A DNA stretch of 64,000 nucleotides, from the NCBI GenBank assembly GCA_049570475.1, contig CP186953.1, positions 1,159,658-1,223,657 of the forward strand. The letters are read 5' to 3'. This stretch comes from Candidatus Methanosuratincola verstraetei (GTDB lineage: Archaea; Thermoproteota; Methanomethylicia; Methanomethylicales; Methanomethylicaceae). Below the pieces are notes generated by a model, which saw only the letters and a program-made list of their open reading frames with translations, was not told the DNA's origin and ran no database searches. Positions 38,016-47,581 of this stretch are shown here, in pieces. Both the position numbers and the translations under genes were made by a program. Numbering within the stretch: position 1 is the stretch's first letter; the number at the start of each line of letters is the position of its first letter.

Positions 38016-40499
38016 ATGAACAGAATACTCCGCGTTGATCTCACGACTGGGGAGATCTCTTCAGAAGAGCTTGATTTCGAAACTGCCGCGCAGTTCATAG
38101 GCGGCAGGGGATACGGGGCAAAAATCCTTTACGATGAGCTGAAGCCAGGCACCGATCCGCTCGGTCCGGACAACAAGCTCATATTCATGACTGGGCCCCT
38201 GACCGGGACCGCTGCCCCCACTTCGGGCAGGTTTTCTGTCTCGACGAAGTCTCCTGCCACTGGGACAATATTCGACGCCAACAGCGGCGGATATTTCGGC
38301 GTCGAGCTGAAGCGGTCAGGCTATGACGGCATCATATTCGAGGGGAAGAGCAGCAAGCCCGTCTACCTCTCAATAATCAACGGCGAGGCCCGCCTCAACG
38401 ACGCCTCAGCGCTCTGGGGCCTAGACACGACGCAGACCGAGGACCGGCTCAAGCAGATCGTCGGGGATCCCTTGGCAAGGGTCGCGTGCATAGGGCCTGC
38501 GGGGGAGAGACTGGTCAAGATCGCGGCGATAATGAACGAGAAGCACAGGACTGCTGCGAGGGGCGGTGTCGGCGCGGTAATGGGCTCGAAGAACCTAAAG
38601 GCGATCGTCGTCAGGGGCAGGGCTGAGATACCGCTTGCAAACCGGTATGCGTTCATGAAGGAGGTCAAGAGGACAATCCAGGTGCTCAAGGGCCACCCGA
38701 TAACCGGAGACGGGCTTGCCCGGTACGGCACCTCTGTGCTTGTCCACATCATAAACAAGGCGGGGATCTTCCCGGTGAGGAACTACAGCACAGGCGTATT
38801 CGAGGAAGCCGAGAAGGTGAGCGGGGAGTACATGTCCAAGACCATCCTCCGTGGCAAGAAGGGGTGCTTCGCCTGCCCGATCATGTGCGGGAGGATCACC
38901 CAGCCAAGGCTCCCGACCGGAGAGACGATAGAGACAGAGGGCCCGGAGTACGAGACTGTTTGGGCGCTCGGGCCGAACTGCGGCATAAGCGACCTGAATG
39001 CGATAGCCGTGGCGAACGATCTCTGCAACAAGCTTGGCGTCGACACGATATCGATGGGCCAGGCTATAGGGTTCCTGATGGCTTGCGCGGAGAAGGGCAA
39101 GGTCAAGCCCTCGGAGATCGGGATCGACGCAAAATTCGGCGACACCGAGGCCCTGCTCAAGCTGATCCGCATGACCGCTTACCGCGAGGGGATCGGGGAC
39201 CTGCTGGCTGAGGGGACCCGCAGCGCTGCCAAGAAGCTCGAGGCTGATGACTTTGCGATCCACGTGAAGGGGCTCGAGCTGCCTGCATACGACCCGAGGG
39301 GGGTGAAGGGCATGGCACTGTCATATGCCACCTCGAACAGGGGCGGGTGCCACCTCAGAGCTTTCATGATAGTCCCGGAGATCCTCAGCATGCCGAGGTA
39401 CCTGAACCCGAACTCGTACGACGACAAGGCCGCCCTAACAAAGGTAATGCAGGACGTCTTCGCGGTGCTGGACTCCCTCGTGCTTTGCAAGTACACGACT
39501 ATGGCGCTCTTCAGCACCCTGGCATTCGAGCCGGACTTCTACGCCAGGCTGCTCACCTGCGCGACAGGCTTCTACGTGGACAGGGAGGAGTTCTACAGGA
39601 TAGGCGAGCGCATTTACAACATCGAGCGCCTCTTCAACGTTAGGGAAGGCTTCAGCAGGAAGGACGATGCGCTGCCTAGGAGGTTCACCGAGGTCCCGAT
39701 GCCCGACGGTCCGGCCAAGGGCGAGACGGTCGACATGGATAGGTTATTAAATGAGTACTATGCAGTGAGAGGCTGGGACTATAACGGTATACCGTCAAGC
39801 AAGAAGGTGCTGCAATTGGGTCTGAAGCCAGTTTACGAAGGTCCTCAGCTGCAGGTGGCAATAGACGAGCGCTACTTGAAGGATGCCATACCCATAGCCG
39901 AGAAGGCATACCGCGGTGGCGCCGAGATAATCGAGGCTGGGACCCCGCTGATAAAGTCAGAGGGGCTCAACGCTGTGAGGTCCCTTAGGAAGGCCTGCCC
40001 CAACGCGACAATCCTGGCAGACCTCAAGACATTCGACACGGGCTGGCTCGAGACTGAGCTCGCTGTCGAGGCTGGGGCTGACATCGTCACTGTGATGGGC
40101 GCCACTGACGACTACACCATCTCTGACGCGGTCGGCGCTGCTAGGAAGTACAATGTCAAGGTGATGGTCGACCTGATGAACCTCAAGGATCCGCTCTCCA
40201 GGGCGCTCGAGGTCGAGAAGCTGGGCGTGGACATGGTCTGCATGCACGTGGGCATAAGCGCCCAGTCGAGGGAGCGGGAGGTGGACCAGAAGGTCGCGCT
40301 GGTGCAGAACCTGGCGAGGAGCCTCAAGATCCCGGTCTCAGTCGCCGGCGGCATAAAGCTCGAGGTAGTGCCGCAGATGGTCAAGGCAGGGGCGCGCGTG
40401 CTGGTCGTCGGGGGCGCAATAACAAAGTCAGCGAACCCCGAAGAAGCGACAAAGCGCTTCGTCGAGGCCATAAGGTCAACTTGGGCAGCGATGAAGTGA
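38016..40499 (+). CDS. Fusion protein: tungsten-containing aldehyde:ferredoxin oxidoreductase (AOR family, residues 1-609) fused in frame to 3-hexulose-6-phosphate synthase (HPS, OMPDC-like TIM barrel, residues 610-827)
   Basis: AOR hallmarks are GPAGERLVKIAAIMN, GAVMGSKNLKAIVV, EGPEYETVWALG, the [4Fe-4S] Cys region KKGCFACPIMCG, and GLELPAYDPRG. The AOR C-terminus ends ...GWDYNGIPSSKKVLQLGLKPVYEG. HPS starts directly with PQLQVAIDERYLKDAIPIAEKA..IIEAGTPLIKSEGLNAVRSL..ADLKTFDTG...SVAGGIK. There is no stop or frameshift between the two parts. Confidence 0.8.
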   Translation: MNRILRVDLTTGEISSEELDFETAAQFIGGRGYGAKILYDELKPGTDPLGPDNKLIFMTGPLTGTAAPTSGRFSVSTKSPATGTIFDANSGGYFGVELKRSGYDGIIFEGKSSKPVYLSIINGEARLNDASALWGLDTTQTEDRLKQIVGDPLARVACIGPAGERLVKIAAIMNEKHRTAARGGVGAVMGSKNLKAIVVRGRAEIPLANRYAFMKEVKRTIQVLKGHPITGDGLARYGTSVLVHIINKAGIFPVRNYSTGVFEEAEKVSGEYMSKTILRGKKGCFACPIMCGRITQPRLPTGETIETEGPEYETVWALGPNCGISDLNAIAVANDLCNKLGVDTISMGQAIGFLMACAEKGKVKPSEIGIDAKFGDTEALLKLIRMTAYREGIGDLLAEGTRSAAKKLEADDFAIHVKGLELPAYDPRGVKGMALSYATSNRGGCHLRAFMIVPEILSMPRYLNPNSYDDKAALTKVMQDVFAVLDSLVLCKYTTMALFSTLAFEPDFYARLLTCATGFYVDREEFYRIGERIYNIERLFNVREGFSRKDDALPRRFTEVPMPDGPAKGETVDMDRLLNEYYAVRGWDYNGIPSSKKVLQLGLKPVYEGPQLQVAIDERYLKDAIPIAEKAYRGGAEIIEAGTPLIKSEGLNAVRSLRKACPNATILADLKTFDTGWLETELAVEAGADIVTVMGATDDYTISDAVGAARKYNVKVMVDLMNLKDPLSRALEVEKLGVDMVCMHVGISAQSREREVDQKVALVQNLARSLKIPVSVAGGIKLEVVPQMVKAGARVLVVGGAITKSANPEEATKRFVEAIRSTWAAMK

Positions 40500-40522
40500 C
40501 CATTCCCCCAAGCAGAGCCTCA

Positions 40523-40540
40523 ATTTTTTTCCTTTCATTC
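40523..40540 (+). terminator. T-tract (caatttttttcctttcatt) between convergent aor-hps and fumB
   Basis: Seen in sequence. Confidence 0.4.
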
Positions 40541-40617
40541 CAAATCAAAGCCGAAAAAGCAAACCGCCCTTTATGCACCTCTGGACGCCTGGCTCCACAT
40601 CGTTCGCGCTTCAATGG

Positions 40618-41163
40618 TCATTTCTTGAGCGTCTCCCTGAGGGTCCTGCCGTGGCAGTCCATCGTCACGAAGCAAGGCCCGAAGCCCTCCACCTCGAGCA
40701 CCCAGACGGCCTCTGGGTCCCCGAGCTCCCTCCAGTAAACTCCCTTTATCCCGACCACTGACCTCGCTGCCAGCGCACCCGCCCCCCCGGGGTACTCCGC
40801 ATAGACCGCGTGGTGCTCTGAGAGCGCGCTGAGGGTTCCAGATCCCATCCCACCTTTGCCGATTATGCACTTTGCCCCGGTCCTCGCGAGGATCTCCCCC
40901 TCGCTCCTTTCCATCCTCATGCTCGTGGTAGGTCCAGCCGAGACCACCCTGCTCCCCTTTACTAGAGGCCCGCAGTGGTATATCACTCCGCCCCTGAGGT
41001 CGAAGGGCAGCCTCCCCCCTCCCCTGAGGATCTCAAGGGCCTTCAGGTGCGCCTGGTCCCTCATCGTGAATATCTCGCCAGTTATGTAAATGATATCGCC
41101 GACCTGAAGCTTTGAGACCTCCTGGTCGCCTATCTTTCCCCTGAGACTGTATGCTTTGCCCAA
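40618..41163 (-). CDS. fumB: Fumarate hydratase class I (Fe-S hydro-lyase), beta subunit
   Basis: The swivel beta domain reads IYITGEIFTMRDQAH...GGVIYHCGP...CIIGKGGMG. Confidence 0.85.
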   Translation of the reverse strand: MGKAYSLRGKIGDQEVSKLQVGDIIYITGEIFTMRDQAHLKALEILRGGGRLPFDLRGGVIYHCGPLVKGSRVVSAGPTTSMRMERSEGEILARTGAKCIIGKGGMGSGTLSALSEHHAVYAEYPGGAGALAARSVVGIKGVYWRELGDPEAVWVLEVEGFGPCFVTMDCHGRTLRETLKK

Positions 41164-41167
41164 GCCG

Positions 41168-42007
41168 TCACCTCCTTATCAAAACCCTGTCGCCTTCAGC
41201 CTCGAGGAAGACCCTCCTGAGCGCCCAGCACTGTATGCTCACAGCGACGGGTAGGCTTGCCGTGTGGCAGTCCGCAGCCTCCAGCCTGACCGCGAGCGCC
41301 GTGTTCTTGCCCCCGAACCCCATCGGGCCGATCCTGAGCGAGTTGATCTCCCTCAGCAGATCGCCTTCTAAATGCGACGAGAGAGCGTCCTCTGTTGGCT
41401 CGTCGAGCCTCCTCATCAGGGCGCGCTTGCTCAGTAACGCTGCGGCGTCGAGGCTCCCCCCGACGCCTACGCCCACGATGATCGGCGGGCAAGGCTTGGC
41501 GCCAGCCTTCCTGACAGTCTGGAGAACGAATTCCTTTATCCCCCCCACCGACTGGTCCGGGTCCAGCATCGTAGCGGCGCTGACATTCTCCGACCCGGCA
41601 CCCTTGGCCAGTATGCCTATCCGCAGCCCCCCCTCCGGGCGCGGATCTATATGTATGATCGGGTTGCCCCTGCCCAAGTTGTTGCCTGTGTTCTTCCTTG
41701 AGAACGGATCGACTATGTTCGCCCTGAGGGGCACCGCCTCGGTTGCCATCGCGACCCCCTCCATGATTATCCTGCAGATCTCACTGCAGCATCCCTTGGC
41801 GCTCACAAAGAAGACCAGGCTCCCCGTGTCTTGGCAGATCGGGACGCCCCCCTCCCTTGCGATCCTCACATTCTCGAGCATGGCCCCGAGGACTTCCCTG
41901 CTGATCCCCTCCTCCTCATCCCGGCAACGCGCGAGTGCCGCCTCTACATCAGGGGGCAGATCAGTTTCCATCAGCCTTATCGCTTCGGCTATGTCCTCAG
42001 CCCTCAT
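41168..42007 (-). CDS. fumA: Fumarate hydratase class I (Fe-S hydro-lyase), alpha subunit
   Basis: Has PICQDTGSLVFFV and the Cys ligands of the catalytic 4Fe-4S cluster. Confidence 0.85.
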   Translation of the reverse strand: MRAEDIAEAIRLMETDLPPDVEAALARCRDEEEGISREVLGAMLENVRIAREGGVPICQDTGSLVFFVSAKGCCSEICRIIMEGVAMATEAVPLRANIVDPFSRKNTGNNLGRGNPIIHIDPRPEGGLRIGILAKGAGSENVSAATMLDPDQSVGGIKEFVLQTVRKAGAKPCPPIIVGVGVGGSLDAAALLSKRALMRRLDEPTEDALSSHLEGDLLREINSLRIGPMGFGGKNTALAVRLEAADCHTASLPVAVSIQCWALRRVFLEAEGDRVLIRR

Positions 42008-42040
42008 CTGCCAACATCGAAGATTTGATAAGCGCTCAAG

Positions 42041-42050
42041 TTATAAAAAA
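42041..42050 (-). promoter_or_regulatory. TATA box (ttataaaaaa on +; 34-43 nt upstream of fumA ATG)
   Basis: Seen in sequence. Confidence 0.4.
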
Positions 42051-42055
42051 GCAAT

Positions 42056-42556
42056 GTGGTCTGCTTGTCCACATACGACCTGCTCCACAAGTTCGAGGCC
42101 GAGGTCTCCCAGATAGTCCGCTACGTTTACTTTAGGAGCCTCCCCAGGGCCGAGCAGGACCTCTCGGTCCTGAAGAACAAGCTGAACGGGACAGGCGAGC
42201 TGGGGAGGGGCTTCTACGACGCCGTCAGGGGCATATACAACTGCGCTAAGGAGAGGGATTCTGCCTCGCTCTACATCAAGCTCTACAGGAAAGGGGAACC
42301 GCAGGAGATAAGCGCCCTCTCCGAGAAGTTCAGGAACGAGGCATACAGGCCGACCATAGACGACTATGAGAGGGGCTTCCTGATAGCCTGGGAAATAGCG
42401 GCAAAGACCCTTGCCTTCCTGAAGGAGAGCTACCCTGAATATCCGCTCAACAGCGAGCCGCAGGAGAAGAAAAAGCAACAGGAGGCGGGCGAAGATGTCT
42501 TCGAGGTAGCCCCTCGTAAGAAAGCTAAGGAAGAGCGGAAGGGTAAAGAAGGTTGA
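42056..42556 (+). CDS. Hypothetical protein (166 aa, Lys/Glu-rich C-terminus)
   Basis: GC3-biased ORF with ATG start; no known motif. Confidence 0.4.
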   Translation: MVCLSTYDLLHKFEAEVSQIVRYVYFRSLPRAEQDLSVLKNKLNGTGELGRGFYDAVRGIYNCAKERDSASLYIKLYRKGEPQEISALSEKFRNEAYRPTIDDYERGFLIAWEIAAKTLAFLKESYPEYPLNSEPQEKKKQQEAGEDVFEVAPRKKAKEERKGKEG

Positions 42557-42839
42557 TCGAGATCACCCATGTCGAGAACCAGAGCAGGAAGTAAGAAAAG
42601 ATCCCCGTCATGTAGTACTTATTCTTGTCCGGAATGCCCCTGAAGGTGCCGAAGCTCTTTAGGAACACGTACGAGGCAAGGTAGACCGCAACCCCGACCG
42701 CGATCCCCAGTTCGCCCCTGATGTTCAGGCCGCCCGTGACAAGACCGCCGATAACTGCAAATAGCACCCTGATGTAATACATCCTCCTGTAGAGGCCCTC
42801 GGGCTTAGGAGCTGATTGTTTTGAAGTCTGGGATGACAT
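42525..42839 (-). CDS. Small hypothetical membrane protein (two TM helices)
   Basis: Hydrophobic segments IRVLFAVIGGLVTGGL / GIAVGVAVYLASYVF. The 3' end overlaps the convergent neighbour, and the 5' end may overlap the rqc2 start. Confidence 0.35.
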   Translation of the reverse strand: MSSQTSKQSAPKPEGLYRRMYYIRVLFAVIGGLVTGGLNIRGELGIAVGVAVYLASYVFLKSFGTFRGIPDKNKYYMTGIFSYFLLWFSTWVISINLLYPSALP

Positions 42840-44767
42840 CGTTGGACATCCTCGCTATCGTAAGTGAACTCAACTCCACCTTAATAAGCGCTCGCGTTGA
42901 CAACGTATACCAAGTCGAGGGTTCCATGCTTGTATTCCGCATCCATGCCCATCCCGCATCCCGTGACCTGGTCTTCGACCCTCAGCGGAGGCTCAACCTC
43001 ACGCACTTCAAGTACCCTGTGCCTGAGAGGCCTACCCCGACTGCGGTGAACCTGCGGCGATACCTGGCTGGAGCCAAGGTGCTGAGGTTCGAGCAGCTCG
43101 ACTTTGACCGTATAGCCATAATGGTGTTGGATAGGGGTGGCGAACAGTACTCGGCGTACTTCGAGATCTTCGGTGACGGGAATCTTCTCATAACTGACAA
43201 GGACGGCGTGATCAGGTTCGCCCTCCACCAGCGGGAGATGAAGGACAGAGTGCTCAGGGTCGGAGTGCCGTACAAGCCGCCCCCGAGGCGGGGCCTCGAT
43301 GTTGCCCTTGATCAAATCCCGTTCGGGGATTTGAAAGCCTCTAAGCACCCCGTCTCCAGGGCGCTCACCAGGGTCCTCAACCTCCCCTCCGAGCTCGTCG
43401 AGGAGGGCCTCGCAAGGTCAGGCGTACCTCCTGATCGCCCCTCGGACGCCGTGACGGAAGCCGAGATCGCCGCCTTCAGGTCTTCCGTCCTCTCTGTCCT
43501 TGAGGAGGTCCGATCGGGGAGGCTGAAGCCCACGATAATCGATCAGGGCGGGAAGCCGTACACTGTCGTACCTGTGGATTTCGTGTCGATCGCGGGCGAT
43601 CGTCGGCATTTCAGCACATTCAACGAGGCAGCCGACGTCTACTTCGGGGGGATCGTCCTTGAGCAGGCAGGCGACAGGCGGAAGGCGAGGGTCGAGGAGG
43701 AGATAAAGGGCCTCGAGGCGATCAGGTCGAGGCAGCTTGAACACATAGCCGAGCTTGAGAAGCGGCGGGCAGAGTCGTTGGAGAAGGGGAAGCTAATCAT
43801 GGCAAACCTCCCCGCCTTCCAGTCGCTCGTAAATCGGGTGCTGAGGGAGAGGAGATCGGGGACGGACTGGGGATCGATACGGTCTCTCGACTCCAACATA
43901 AGGGAGGTAGACGGGGCGGCGGGTACCCTCGTCTACTCGATCGGCGGGAAAGAATTGGTGATAGACTTCAAGCTCTCTGCTGCGGAAAATGCAGAGCGCT
44001 ACTTCTCGGAGTCGAAGGAGGCATCGCGGAAGCTGGAGGGGCTCAGGAAGGCCCTCGAGGAGAGCGAAAGGAAGATCGAGGAGGCTAAGAAGGGTCTCTT
44101 GGCGATACCCAAGCCGACCTTCCTGAGGGCGATGAGCAAGGAGTGGTACGAGAAGTTCAGGTGGATGTACTCTTCGGACGGGTTCCTGATCATAGGCGGC
44201 AAGGACGCTAGCCAGAATGAGATCCTGGTGAAGAAGCACTTGGAACCTACTGACATCTTCGCCCACGCAGACCTCCCTGGCGGCTCCGTGGTGGTGGTCA
44301 AGTCCGGGGGCAAGGAGATCCCGGATAGGACAAAGGCTGAGGCTGCCGCATTCGCTGTGGCATTCTCCAGGGCATGGAAGGCGGGCATAGGCGTCGCTGA
44401 CGGATACTGGGTACGCCCTGACCAGGTCACCAAGGCGCCCCCCTCAGGGGAGTACCTTGGCAAGGGGGCATTCATGATATACGGGGAGAGGAACTATGTG
44501 AGGAACATCCCGCTCGAGATCCAGATCGGGATCATCCTCTCAGATGGCGAGTACAAGGTGATCGCTGGCGTAGGCGAATTCGTCCGCTCAAGGGCAAGCC
44601 TTTGGGTGAGCCTCAGGCCCGGCGAGCTGGAGGGAAAGCGCCTTGCCTTGGCAATAAAGGATAGGCTGGGGAGGCAGGCGGGTCTCGACTTGAAGGAAAA
44701 GGTTGCCGCCATCCCCGAGTCAGACATACTGAACGTGATCCCCCCAGGCGGGTGCGCCCTGATCTGA
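42821..44767 (+). CDS. NFACT-family protein (Rqc2/NEMF/FbpA homologue; NFACT-N, coiled coil, NFACT-R/DUF814)
   Basis: N-terminus MTSLDILAIVSELNS..VDNVYQ; central coiled coil; C-terminal DGFLIIGGKDASQNEILVKKH motif. Confidence 0.75.
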   Translation: MKSGMTSLDILAIVSELNSTLISARVDNVYQVEGSMLVFRIHAHPASRDLVFDPQRRLNLTHFKYPVPERPTPTAVNLRRYLAGAKVLRFEQLDFDRIAIMVLDRGGEQYSAYFEIFGDGNLLITDKDGVIRFALHQREMKDRVLRVGVPYKPPPRRGLDVALDQIPFGDLKASKHPVSRALTRVLNLPSELVEEGLARSGVPPDRPSDAVTEAEIAAFRSSVLSVLEEVRSGRLKPTIIDQGGKPYTVVPVDFVSIAGDRRHFSTFNEAADVYFGGIVLEQAGDRRKARVEEEIKGLEAIRSRQLEHIAELEKRRAESLEKGKLIMANLPAFQSLVNRVLRERRSGTDWGSIRSLDSNIREVDGAAGTLVYSIGGKELVIDFKLSAAENAERYFSESKEASRKLEGLRKALEESERKIEEAKKGLLAIPKPTFLRAMSKEWYEKFRWMYSSDGFLIIGGKDASQNEILVKKHLEPTDIFAHADLPGGSVVVVKSGGKEIPDRTKAEAAAFAVAFSRAWKAGIGVADGYWVRPDQVTKAPPSGEYLGKGAFMIYGERNYVRNIPLEIQIGIILSDGEYKVIAGVGEFVRSRASLWVSLRPGELEGKRLALAIKDRLGRQAGLDLKEKVAAIPESDILNVIPPGGCALI

Positions 44768-44852
44768 TGCGGATCGGGCCAAACGCCAACCATCCGCCGC
44801 CTTTACTATACTATAAATATCAGGAAAAACAAAGATTAAACCGGGGCTATAA

Positions 44853-45407
44853 ATGGTCGGCATCCGAGCTCGAGTTCTAGTTGCTGATGTGATGACCAGG
44901 GACCTCGTGACGCTCTCAGAGACATCAACCGCGAAAGAAGTTGCTGTTGCGATGAGCGGAAAGTCTGTCGGCTCAGTGGTGATCACCAAGGAAGGGCACC
45001 CTTCGGGAATAATCACGGAGAAGGACCTGGTTGAGCGGGTGATCGCACGAGGGAGGGACCCTGAAAGGACCCTTGCGAGGGAAATCATGTCATCGCCTGT
45101 TTCCGTGATAGACCCCAGGGCAGATGCGATGGAGGCGGCGAGGAAGATGGCGAAGCTCGGCATAAGGCGCCTTGTAGTCGTAGACAAGGGGAAGATGGTG
45201 GGCATAGTGACTTCGAGGGACATACTCTCCACGGCGCCTGAGCTGATGGAAGTGCTCGCCGATGCTGCCAGGAACAGGATCATGCCATCGAAGAAGGGGG
45301 AGAGCATGGCCGGCTTCTGCGACAACTGCGAGGAATGGTCTGAGAGCCTGGAGGAGGTAGATGGGCACTTCCTCTGCGAGGTCTGCAGGAACGATATGGC
45401 GCCATGA
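44853..45407 (+). CDS. CBS-pair domain protein with C-terminal zinc ribbon
   Basis: Two CBS motifs precede CDNCEEWSESLEEVDGHFLCEVCRN. Confidence 0.75.
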   Translation: MVGIRARVLVADVMTRDLVTLSETSTAKEVAVAMSGKSVGSVVITKEGHPSGIITEKDLVERVIARGRDPERTLAREIMSSPVSVIDPRADAMEAARKMAKLGIRRLVVVDKGKMVGIVTSRDILSTAPELMEVLADAARNRIMPSKKGESMAGFCDNCEEWSESLEEVDGHFLCEVCRNDMAP

Positions 45408-45504
45408 TCGATCGACATGCGCGTCTGCGCCTTTGGGAGCGCTGAGTGGGGAACCATTCGGATATGGGATGCCGTTATAGCCGCTGGCGGAGGTAGTTGG
45501 AAAT

Positions 45505-46347
45505 ATGAAAGTTGGCGAATTGATGCGAAGTCCAGTTGTTACAGTCTCGAAAAACGACACTGTTGCGAGGGCAAGGAATTTGATGCTGAGGGAGATGGTG
45601 AGCAGGCTGGTAGTTGTGGAAGGGAATTCCCCCACGGGGATCCTGACCAAGAAGGACCTCGTGAGGGACTTGGCCAGCTACAAGATGCGCAACAGGGAGT
45701 TGGATTCGATAATGGTCCTTGAAATCATGAGGACCCCTGTGAAGGTGATCCAGGAAAGCGCGAGTGTGGAGGAGGCTGCGAAAGCGATGGTCAAGGCTAA
45801 CATAAGGGGGCTTCCGGTGGTGGACTCGGGCGGCAGCCTGGTCGGGATAATAACCAAGACAGACATTACTTCGTATTACTTGCAGACGCAAAAAGGGGCG
45901 CATACTGTGGGGGAGATCGCAAGGAAGATTGATCAGACCCCAGTCGTTAAGAGGACGCATTCATTCTACCGGGTGGTGGACATGATGGAGGAGTATTCTG
46001 CCGACCGGGTCATTGTCGAGGAGGGCGGGAGGCCTGTCGGGATCATAACCGAAACAGACCTGTCGTTCCTCAGGCCATACAGGGGATCCGAGCCCTTCAT
46101 CAAGGGAACCGCAATGAAGTCTGAGGAACCTTGGCCGACAAGGCTCTACCAGCTCCCGACAGCGGAGTCGTTGATGACTGTTGAGCCAATCACTGTCGAA
46201 GCAGACCAAGACGCAGCCGAGGCCGCGAGTGCGCTCCTGGAGAACGGCATAGGCGGGATGCCCGTGGTCAACAAAGAATATGAGCTGGTCGGGATGATCA
46301 CGAAATTCGACTTTGTGAAGGCGATAGCGAGGGAGGGATCTGCATGA
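45505..46347 (+). CDS. Four-CBS-domain protein
   Basis: Four repeats of the VxDxM...GIITxxDL pattern. Confidence 0.75.
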   Translation: MKVGELMRSPVVTVSKNDTVARARNLMLREMVSRLVVVEGNSPTGILTKKDLVRDLASYKMRNRELDSIMVLEIMRTPVKVIQESASVEEAAKAMVKANIRGLPVVDSGGSLVGIITKTDITSYYLQTQKGAHTVGEIARKIDQTPVVKRTHSFYRVVDMMEEYSADRVIVEEGGRPVGIITETDLSFLRPYRGSEPFIKGTAMKSEEPWPTRLYQLPTAESLMTVEPITVEADQDAAEAASALLENGIGGMPVVNKEYELVGMITKFDFVKAIAREGSA

Positions 46348-47147
46348 AACTGACCGACATAGCAACGAAGGACGCGCCAGCCTTGAACAAGAACCGGCCC
46401 CTGCTGGACGCCTTGGACTTGATGGACAAGCAAGGGCTGGAGAGCATATGCGTCTCGGACGACGGCAAGATTGTGGGCTACCTCTCATACGCCGACATAC
46501 TGACTAAGATAGGGACCCAGCGGCTGAGGGCAGTCTCGCCGGGGTCGCTCTACATCTCCGGATTCATGAGCAGTTTCCCAGCCACCGTCTCGAACGACAC
46601 ATCTGTGAGGAAGGCGGCTAAGCTGATGTTGGAGCTGAATGCCGACCTTCTGCCGATGTTCTATGGGGATATGTTCTTGGGCGCCGTCTACAGATCGAGC
46701 TTGGTGAAGGCAGTGCAGGACAGGGAAGTGGACACGGCCCAACTCATGCGGAGGAAATTCCCGTCTGTCAGATCCAGCGATCGCGCAATACACGCAAGGA
46801 AGCTCATTTTGGAAAGCGGGACCCCAGTGATCCCGGTTCTCAACGATGACGGTCGGTACCTTGGCGCAGTGACAAGGGGGGCCCTCCTCAAGGCGCTCGT
46901 GGACTTCCACATGTATGTCCCGGAGAAGCACCAGAAGGCTAGGATAAGGCAACTCTCTATCTCAAACGTGATGAAGGTTGACTACCCGTCGATTGGCGAG
47001 GAGTCCACCCTGGGGGATGCAGTAAGGAAGATCTTGGCCGAGCGGTGCCCTGGCGTTGTCGTTGTGAACGGCCTCAGCCCCGTCGGGATAGTCACGACGG
47101 ACGAGATCCTCGCCTTCATCGTCAACACATTCCCAGAGGAGCAATAG
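46344..47147 (+). CDS. Four-CBS-domain protein
   Basis: CBS repeats; start overlaps the previous stop (ATGA). Confidence 0.75.
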   Translation: MKLTDIATKDAPALNKNRPLLDALDLMDKQGLESICVSDDGKIVGYLSYADILTKIGTQRLRAVSPGSLYISGFMSSFPATVSNDTSVRKAAKLMLELNADLLPMFYGDMFLGAVYRSSLVKAVQDREVDTAQLMRRKFPSVRSSDRAIHARKLILESGTPVIPVLNDDGRYLGAVTRGALLKALVDFHMYVPEKHQKARIRQLSISNVMKVDYPSIGEESTLGDAVRKILAERCPGVVVVNGLSPVGIVTTDEILAFIVNTFPEEQ

Positions 47148-47149
47148 GA

Positions 47150-47581
47150 TTGCGGTTCGTCGCCGATGCGATGCTCGGCAAGCTTGCAAGGTGGCTGAGG
47201 ATCATCGGCTACGACACCGAGTACCTGCCCTCGGCTGGGGACGACGAGCTTATATCCGCCGCCGAGGGCGGTGGGCGCCTCCTCCTCACCAGGGACAGCG
47301 AGCTCTTCAGGCGGGCCGTGAGGCGTGGCGTCCCCGCCATCCTGATAAAGTCCACAACAATAGTCGGGGAGCTGTCTGAGATCGCCCGCACACTAGGGCT
47401 CAAGCCTTCTGGGGAGACCAGGTGCCCCCTCTGCAACGCGCTCCTGGTCGAGGGCGGGGAGGGCCAGGGCGTGCCGGCGAGGGGAGAGATCTGGGAGTGC
47501 CCCAGGTGCAGAAAGTTTTATTGGCACGGCACCCACTGGTTGAAGATAAACGAGACTCTTGAAGCCTCTGGCTTAAGGTGA
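47150..47581 (+). CDS. Mut7-C RNase domain protein (PIN-like nuclease + C-terminal zinc ribbon; DUF82)
   Basis: Reads LRFVADAMLGKLARWLRIIGYDT...CPLCNALL...CPRCRKFYWHGTHW. TTG start 9 nt after GAGGA. Confidence 0.7.
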   Translation: MRFVADAMLGKLARWLRIIGYDTEYLPSAGDDELISAAEGGGRLLLTRDSELFRRAVRRGVPAILIKSTTIVGELSEIARTLGLKPSGETRCPLCNALLVEGGEGQGVPARGEIWECPRCRKFYWHGTHWLKINETLEASGLR

